This document shows positions 56,929 to 61,509 of a DNA stretch of 61,509 nucleotides, in pieces. The translations under genes were made by a program, and so were the position numbers. The stretch's first letter is position 1. Each line of letters begins with the position of its first letter. Source of the stretch: a virus (Duplodnaviria > Caudoviricetes). Under the pieces are notes generated by a model that was not told where the DNA came from, searched no databases, and saw only the letters and a program-made list of their open reading frames with translations. The stretch is taken from the IMG/VR virus record IMGVR_UViG_3300050011_000416, positions 1-61,509 of that record. One strand, given 5' to 3'.

Positions 56929-57798
56929 TTGGATCCAAAAGGTCAATCTATTCTAAAACTTCTTTTTAATGAGGGGGAGACCGTTTGCGTTAGCAATAAC
57001 GAATTTGGTTTCCACTCCATACCCCTAAAAAATGCTTTAGATGGATATGTAGCCCTAACATCTCCCAATGAGTACGTTCCTATTACAGTTTATCCTACTT
57101 CTGAGCTTATAATGGTCGCCATAAACCCAATTAATGGATTCAGGACAGATGCCAATGTTCAGAAGTTCAGATCCTTTCTATGGGAATGTGATATGGGCTC
57201 TATGCAGGAACAACTGGGATACTTTAAGAAAGTCGGCGTTCCACTATCAGCACAGATATTCTCTGGCAATCGATCTATCCATTCAATAACCGTATTGGAT
57301 GAGGACATTACTGACGAGAAGACCTACAGAATGTTATATCAATGGGGCCTAAACATACTCACCTTATGCGACCAAAACTGTAAGAATCCCTCTAGAAGCA
57401 CTAGAATACCGGGTGCCTATAGAGAACCTGGCAAGAAACAAAGGCTTAAGTTTATAGGGAAAAGGGTATCTCATAAAGAGTTTATGGATTGGTTGAATCA
57501 ATACGAGCACTTACGACCAAAAGTTAAACCCAAAAAAGAGGTTCCAGAAGGTGAGGCCGATTTTAGTAGACTTTCCCCATGGGCTCGTATTATGCTTAGT
57601 AAGGGAATCGTTTTTAAGAACGGCAGGAATCAAACCTGGTTCGGACTAGCAGTGGACTGCGCTCTTGCTGGATTTACTGAAGAACTTACGATTGAGACGT
57701 TCATGCAGAGATTTACAGAAGAAAGTGATTTTAAAGAAAAAGAGCTTTTGATTACGATTGCAAGCGCTTTTAAATACGTGAATGAAGGAAAAAGATGA
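56929..57798 (+). CDS. Putative AEP-family primase (RepB-like with PriCT-like C-terminus)
   Basis: WECD, FSGNRSIH, D...NPSRSTRIPG and GRNQTWF motifs; next to DnaB. Confidence 0.7.
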   Translation: MDPKGQSILKLLFNEGETVCVSNNEFGFHSIPLKNALDGYVALTSPNEYVPITVYPTSELIMVAINPINGFRTDANVQKFRSFLWECDMGSMQEQLGYFKKVGVPLSAQIFSGNRSIHSITVLDEDITDEKTYRMLYQWGLNILTLCDQNCKNPSRSTRIPGAYREPGKKQRLKFIGKRVSHKEFMDWLNQYEHLRPKVKPKKEVPEGEADFSRLSPWARIMLSKGIVFKNGRNQTWFGLAVDCALAGFTEELTIETFMQRFTEESDFKEKELLITIASAFKYVNEGKR

Positions 57799-58967
57799 AG
57801 AAAATGTTAACTTTTGATGACGTATTGATTGTTCCAAAGTTTTCAAGTATTTCTAGCAGGAAAGAAGTGGACATTTCTTCAACTACCTCAGGCGGGTGTT
57901 TTGAGGATATTGGAGCAGACTTTCCAGTGATTAGCGCCAATATGGATACCGTAACTGGTCCAGATATGGCTAGAGCTATGCTAACTTATGGGGGTCAGGC
58001 CTGTTTACATAGGTTTTGCTCTATTGAAGAGAATGTCAAGATGTTTGCTGCTTCAGAAATTGACATGGTTAATGGCGTTCCCATTTATGGGGGCGAATAC
58101 TACATTAGGCCCATGGTTTCTATAGGTTTAGGGAAAGAAGAACTGGACAGAGCTTCCGCCCTATATGGAAATAATGCTACCCGCTTCATCATTGACGTAG
58201 CGCATGGCGCTCAACAGGCAGTAGTAGATCAAGTACGGAATCTCAGAGACATTATTGGGAGTTATGGGTCTATCATTGTGGGCAATTTTGCCAGTAAACA
58301 GAGTGTTGCCGACTTCCTACAAAGGGTCTCAGGTAAGGTAGATGGTATCAAAGTAGGTATTGGTCCTGGATCCGCATGTACGACCAGAATTAAAACTGGC
58401 GTAGGATTTCCTCAATTTTCAGCAATTCAAGAAATTTCATTTTTACTCAGACCTCTCGGTATTCCGCTCATAGCTGATGGAGGGATGAGAACTCCTGGAG
58501 ATATCTGTAAGGCTTTAGGTGCAGGTGCTTCTATGGTTATGTTGGGAGGAATGCTTGCCGGTGCAGATGAAACTCCAGGGGAATTGCTATACGTAGATAG
58601 TTTGGGTGAAGCGGTGAAAGCAGAAAATTTCTTAGCTAGAAAAATATTTTTAGATGGTACTTTTGAACTAATTAGAGATGAATATTCTGAAAGTTTTAAG
58701 AAAGTCAAAAAATATCGTGGATCTGCCTCTAAAGAATCTTATGATTTGCAAGGTAAAGTAGGCGACCATCGCACTTCTGAAGGGGAATCCTTCCTAGTCA
58801 GCCATAAGGGTCCGGTAAAATCGATCTTACAGGATATTGAGGGTGGCTTACGTTCTGCTATGACTTATGTAGGAGCTAGGACACTAAAAGAATTTCATGA
58901 CAAGGTGGAGTTTATTAGAGTTAGCAGCTCTACTAATTTAGAAAACAAAGCGCACGGCGATAACTGA
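57795..58967 (+). CDS. IMP dehydrogenase / GMP reductase family enzyme
   Basis: LTFDDVLIVP, SANMDTV, IDVAHG, KVGIGPGSACTTR, ADGG and GGLRSAMTY motifs; no CBS subdomain. Confidence 0.9.
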   Translation: MKKMLTFDDVLIVPKFSSISSRKEVDISSTTSGGCFEDIGADFPVISANMDTVTGPDMARAMLTYGGQACLHRFCSIEENVKMFAASEIDMVNGVPIYGGEYYIRPMVSIGLGKEELDRASALYGNNATRFIIDVAHGAQQAVVDQVRNLRDIIGSYGSIIVGNFASKQSVADFLQRVSGKVDGIKVGIGPGSACTTRIKTGVGFPQFSAIQEISFLLRPLGIPLIADGGMRTPGDICKALGAGASMVMLGGMLAGADETPGELLYVDSLGEAVKAENFLARKIFLDGTFELIRDEYSESFKKVKKYRGSASKESYDLQGKVGDHRTSEGESFLVSHKGPVKSILQDIEGGLRSAMTYVGARTLKEFHDKVEFIRVSSSTNLENKAHGDN

Positions 58968-58975
58968 GGTGATCC

Positions 58976-59500
58976 TTGATTCGTGACCAGGAGATAGAAA
59001 GGCTAGTCAATTATATCAAGGGCATTGGCCTTAAGGTCACCTTTAGCTCTAAGAAGAGCGATATTGCCGCTTCCTGGTATTTGGACAATAGCGGAATCAC
59101 CATCTATAAGGCAAAAAATACTACCAAAATAGATACTGTCCTATCCCTAATCCATGAGATTGGTCACAGCATGCACAATCTGTGGGAAAAAAATCGCGAA
59201 ATAGATTTGAGATTCGAAAGTGCAATAGACCACGTAGAAAAAGCTGGGGAACTGAAAATGGATGCCCAGAAGAAGCAATTAAGGATCATCTTAAATAATG
59301 AGATTGCTGGAACTAAGTATTGGCACCAAATATATAAAGAAACTAACATGAAGTTTCCGATTTGGAGGCTTGAGATAGCGATGGAGTACGATATTTGGCA
59401 ATACGAAGTCGAATACGAGACTGGCTCAAATCCTTCACGAAAAGAGAAAAGGGAAAAAAGAAAACAACTTGTTAAAAAGTATAGGAAAAACAATGAGTAA
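58976..59500 (+). CDS. HExxH metallopeptidase-like protein
   Basis: SLIHEIGH plus a downstream Glu (NNE). Confidence 0.55.
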   Translation: MIRDQEIERLVNYIKGIGLKVTFSSKKSDIAASWYLDNSGITIYKAKNTTKIDTVLSLIHEIGHSMHNLWEKNREIDLRFESAIDHVEKAGELKMDAQKKQLRIILNNEIAGTKYWHQIYKETNMKFPIWRLEIAMEYDIWQYEVEYETGSNPSRKEKREKRKQLVKKYRKNNE

Positions 59501-59655
59501 GACCATAAAAATTGGTATGGATGGATTCGTTCTTATAGAGGAATTTTCAGGATGGATAGACGTTTCTAAAGTAAAATTTTATAGTTTGACCTTCAATGAA
59601 GATAAGTCTATTGTAGTTAAGTTTTATAACAAAAACAAGAAATTGGTAAAACCAT

Positions 59656-60159
59656 ATGGCTCAAAGTAATGACCTTTACGCGATTTCCGGTCGCATCAAG
59701 AACATGTTGGCTAGGGAGGATATAGCTCTATCTCCAGTTGGGAACGTCCTTATCAACTATTTTGCATTAATGCTAAAAGATCTATACGATCTATCGGAAA
59801 AATTCCCAAACGAATACGCATCACAACTCAGCTCAATGCTAGAACAAAAAGAAATCGTTCCCATGCTAATCATAAAGGTGTCTACACCTAAGGAGGAATT
59901 TATGTCCCTATACGATATGGTCAAGGAAGATATGGAAAAGAAGTTATTCAAGACGAATGAAGAACTTTTGAAGAATTTTATGGAAGAATACGAAGCTCTA
60001 GGGGCGGAATACGGTATGACTGGAGAGGAATTTTGGGTCGAGGCCGAAAGTGCTTCAAAACAGATTCCAGATCATTGGATCATAATGAGATTGGCCCGTT
60101 CTATTCATATGTGCAAATATTTAATCGAAAAAGATAAAAATAACCCCAAAGACGATTGA
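59656..60159 (+). CDS. Hypothetical protein
   Basis: 167 aa coupled ORF. Confidence 0.5.
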   Translation: MAQSNDLYAISGRIKNMLAREDIALSPVGNVLINYFALMLKDLYDLSEKFPNEYASQLSSMLEQKEIVPMLIIKVSTPKEEFMSLYDMVKEDMEKKLFKTNEELLKNFMEEYEALGAEYGMTGEEFWVEAESASKQIPDHWIIMRLARSIHMCKYLIEKDKNNPKDD

Positions 60160-60184
60160 CACTAGATTCAGGACATGTTAGTGT
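60156..60184 (+). promoter_or_regulatory. Sigma70-like promoter
   Basis: TTGACA-17 bp-TAGTGT with extended TG. Confidence 0.5.
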
Positions 60185-60205
60185 TGGTTTAGGATGGAAT
60201 TTTAA

Positions 60206-60832
60206 ATGAATTATCCAGAGTTAGATTTAAAACTTGGAATAGATACTAAAGAGAAACAGTATCTGGAAGTAGAATGTAAGTATAACGCAGATGACATAGA
60301 TCGCGTTACATTCAAGGATCTAGCTAATAGCCTTAATCCCAAAAGCTTCATATATGTGGAATCAACCGATATCTATTATTCTTTAAGCGAAAACGAATTT
60401 TTAAGACAAAGACTTCCAGCAGAAAACAAACAAGGATCTGAGGAACATAGATCCGAGCTTACCTTCAAAAAGAAACATATTGAGCAAAATAATTGGACAA
60501 GGACGGAAGTTAATCTCAGAACTGACCTTAACGATCCCGCATTGGTGGGAGCTTTCTGCGAAGGTCTTGGATATAAGAAGAACTTTTCTATAAGAAAGTG
60601 CTGTGATATCTATTTCTTTGATGACGCCGATATTGTCTATTATACAGTTAAAGACGAAGATGGGAAGTATGCCCATTTTATTGAAATTGAGGCGTCAGAA
60701 GACATTGGAATGACCCCAGATCAGTCCTGGGAAGTTGTCTTGAAATACGAAAAGCTTTTAGCGCCTTTAGGAATAACTCCTCAAAAACGTAAGAGATTGT
60801 CATTGTGGGAAATGTATAGGCGGGGATTTTAG
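60206..60832 (+). CDS. CYTH-domain protein (class IV adenylyl cyclase / triphosphate tunnel enzyme)
   Basis: EVECKY (ExExK), DIYY, FLRQR, LTFK, R.E and FIEIE motifs. Confidence 0.8.
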   Translation: MNYPELDLKLGIDTKEKQYLEVECKYNADDIDRVTFKDLANSLNPKSFIYVESTDIYYSLSENEFLRQRLPAENKQGSEEHRSELTFKKKHIEQNNWTRTEVNLRTDLNDPALVGAFCEGLGYKKNFSIRKCCDIYFFDDADIVYYTVKDEDGKYAHFIEIEASEDIGMTPDQSWEVVLKYEKLLAPLGITPQKRKRLSLWEMYRRGF

Positions 60833-60894
60833 CTGAAGTATATTTTAGCGAATTTTCAAAAACCAACAAACTATGAAATACATAGGAGAACAAC

Positions 60895-61161
60895 GTGCCT
60901 TATATTAAACAAATGGATAGATCCAGGTTTGGTGAAACTTTTAGAGAGCTATACAGGGCTGGTAAAATCAATAATCCTGGTGAATTGAACTATCTTTTTA
61001 CAATGATAATTAATCACTACCTGATAGGTAACGGAATGAACTATCAGAGGATCAATGATGTTATTGGAGCCTTGGAGGGTGCCAAACTAGAATTCTACAG
61101 GAAAGATGTAATAGCTTACGAGGATGAAAAGATTAAAGAAAATGGTGATGTGGACGCATGA
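60895..61161 (+). CDS. Conserved phage hypothetical protein
   Basis: MPYIK...GELNY...GALEGAKLEFYR...YED.KI.ENGDV pattern. Confidence 0.65.
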   Translation: MPYIKQMDRSRFGETFRELYRAGKINNPGELNYLFTMIINHYLIGNGMNYQRINDVIGALEGAKLEFYRKDVIAYEDEKIKENGDVDA

Positions 61162-61509
61162 AACCAGAATACAATCTTGGATGGGGCGACCCTTTAATTG
61201 TCAGGCAAGCTCTTGTAGAGACTCTAGGAAGAAACTTTTCCTTTGCTGATAAGCCATTAAGTGATATGGGCTACCCCCCACATCTAGGGAGTCCTAAGCT
61301 CATAGAACAACTTAAGGACTTAGCAGAGAGGCATTCTGACCATAGACCAAAGCATATGATCGTTACTTGCGGTGCAACGGGAGCTATTAATGCAGCTCTG
61401 TATGCCGTAAAGACTCTGAAAACTGATTGGGTGGTTACGGAAAGACGGCACTATCCAATGTATCCTGCCATTATCGGTATGACCGATATGATAATGATTG
61501 ACAGGAACA
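61158..61509 (+). CDS. PLP-dependent aminotransferase class I/II-like protein (partial, runs off window)
   Basis: Translation MKPEYNLGWGDP...MGYPPHLGSPKL...IVTCGATGAINAAL...HYPMY matches the fold-type I PLP enzyme N-terminus. Confidence 0.7.
   Translation, partial: MKPEYNLGWGDPLIVRQALVETLGRNFSFADKPLSDMGYPPHLGSPKLIEQLKDLAERHSDHRPKHMIVTCGATGAINAALYAVKTLKTDWVVTERRHYPMYPAIIGMTDMIMIDRN

Noticed and set aside
1-61509. CRISPR array or alternative genetic code
   Set aside because: I saw no regularly spaced direct repeats. Long conserved genes are intact in the standard code and use all three stop codons.

Overview
This window is a 61.5 kb segment of a large lytic tailed dsDNA phage genome in the standard genetic code; I saw no integrase, CRISPR array or rRNA. 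The left third holds a Herelleviridae/SPO1-style head module, mostly on the minus strand: GroEL, TerL, portal, an intein-containing gpF/gp7-like head protein, scaffold and major capsid protein. An ~11 kb plus-strand block interrupts it, carrying the prohead protease, HNH genes, tRNA-Met(CAT), a Prs-like + NAMPT-like + macrodomain operon (NARP1-like NAD+ reconstitution) and DNA ligase. The rest is a plus-strand replication/recombination/metabolism region: SF2 helicase, RNA ligase, two sigma-like proteins, SbcCD, RuvC-like resolvase, RNase H, DnaQ, DnaE, SSB, UvsY, RecA, DnaB, primase, IMPDH/GMPR, CYTH and a PLP enzyme. Four observations stand out. (1) Three dispersed copies of an unrecognised tRNA-shaped ncRNA scaffold show compensatory base changes, and one copy carries a nested anticodon-less tRNA. 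(2) dnaE is fractured by a naturally split intein at a non-cyanobacterial site, with an overprinted endonuclease gene between the halves. (3) A CAATCTTA putative late-promoter motif sits at fixed spacing before late genes and homing endonucleases. (4) A copy of the capsid N-terminal arm is embedded in the prohead protease. All calls come from reading motifs by eye; no database searches were run.
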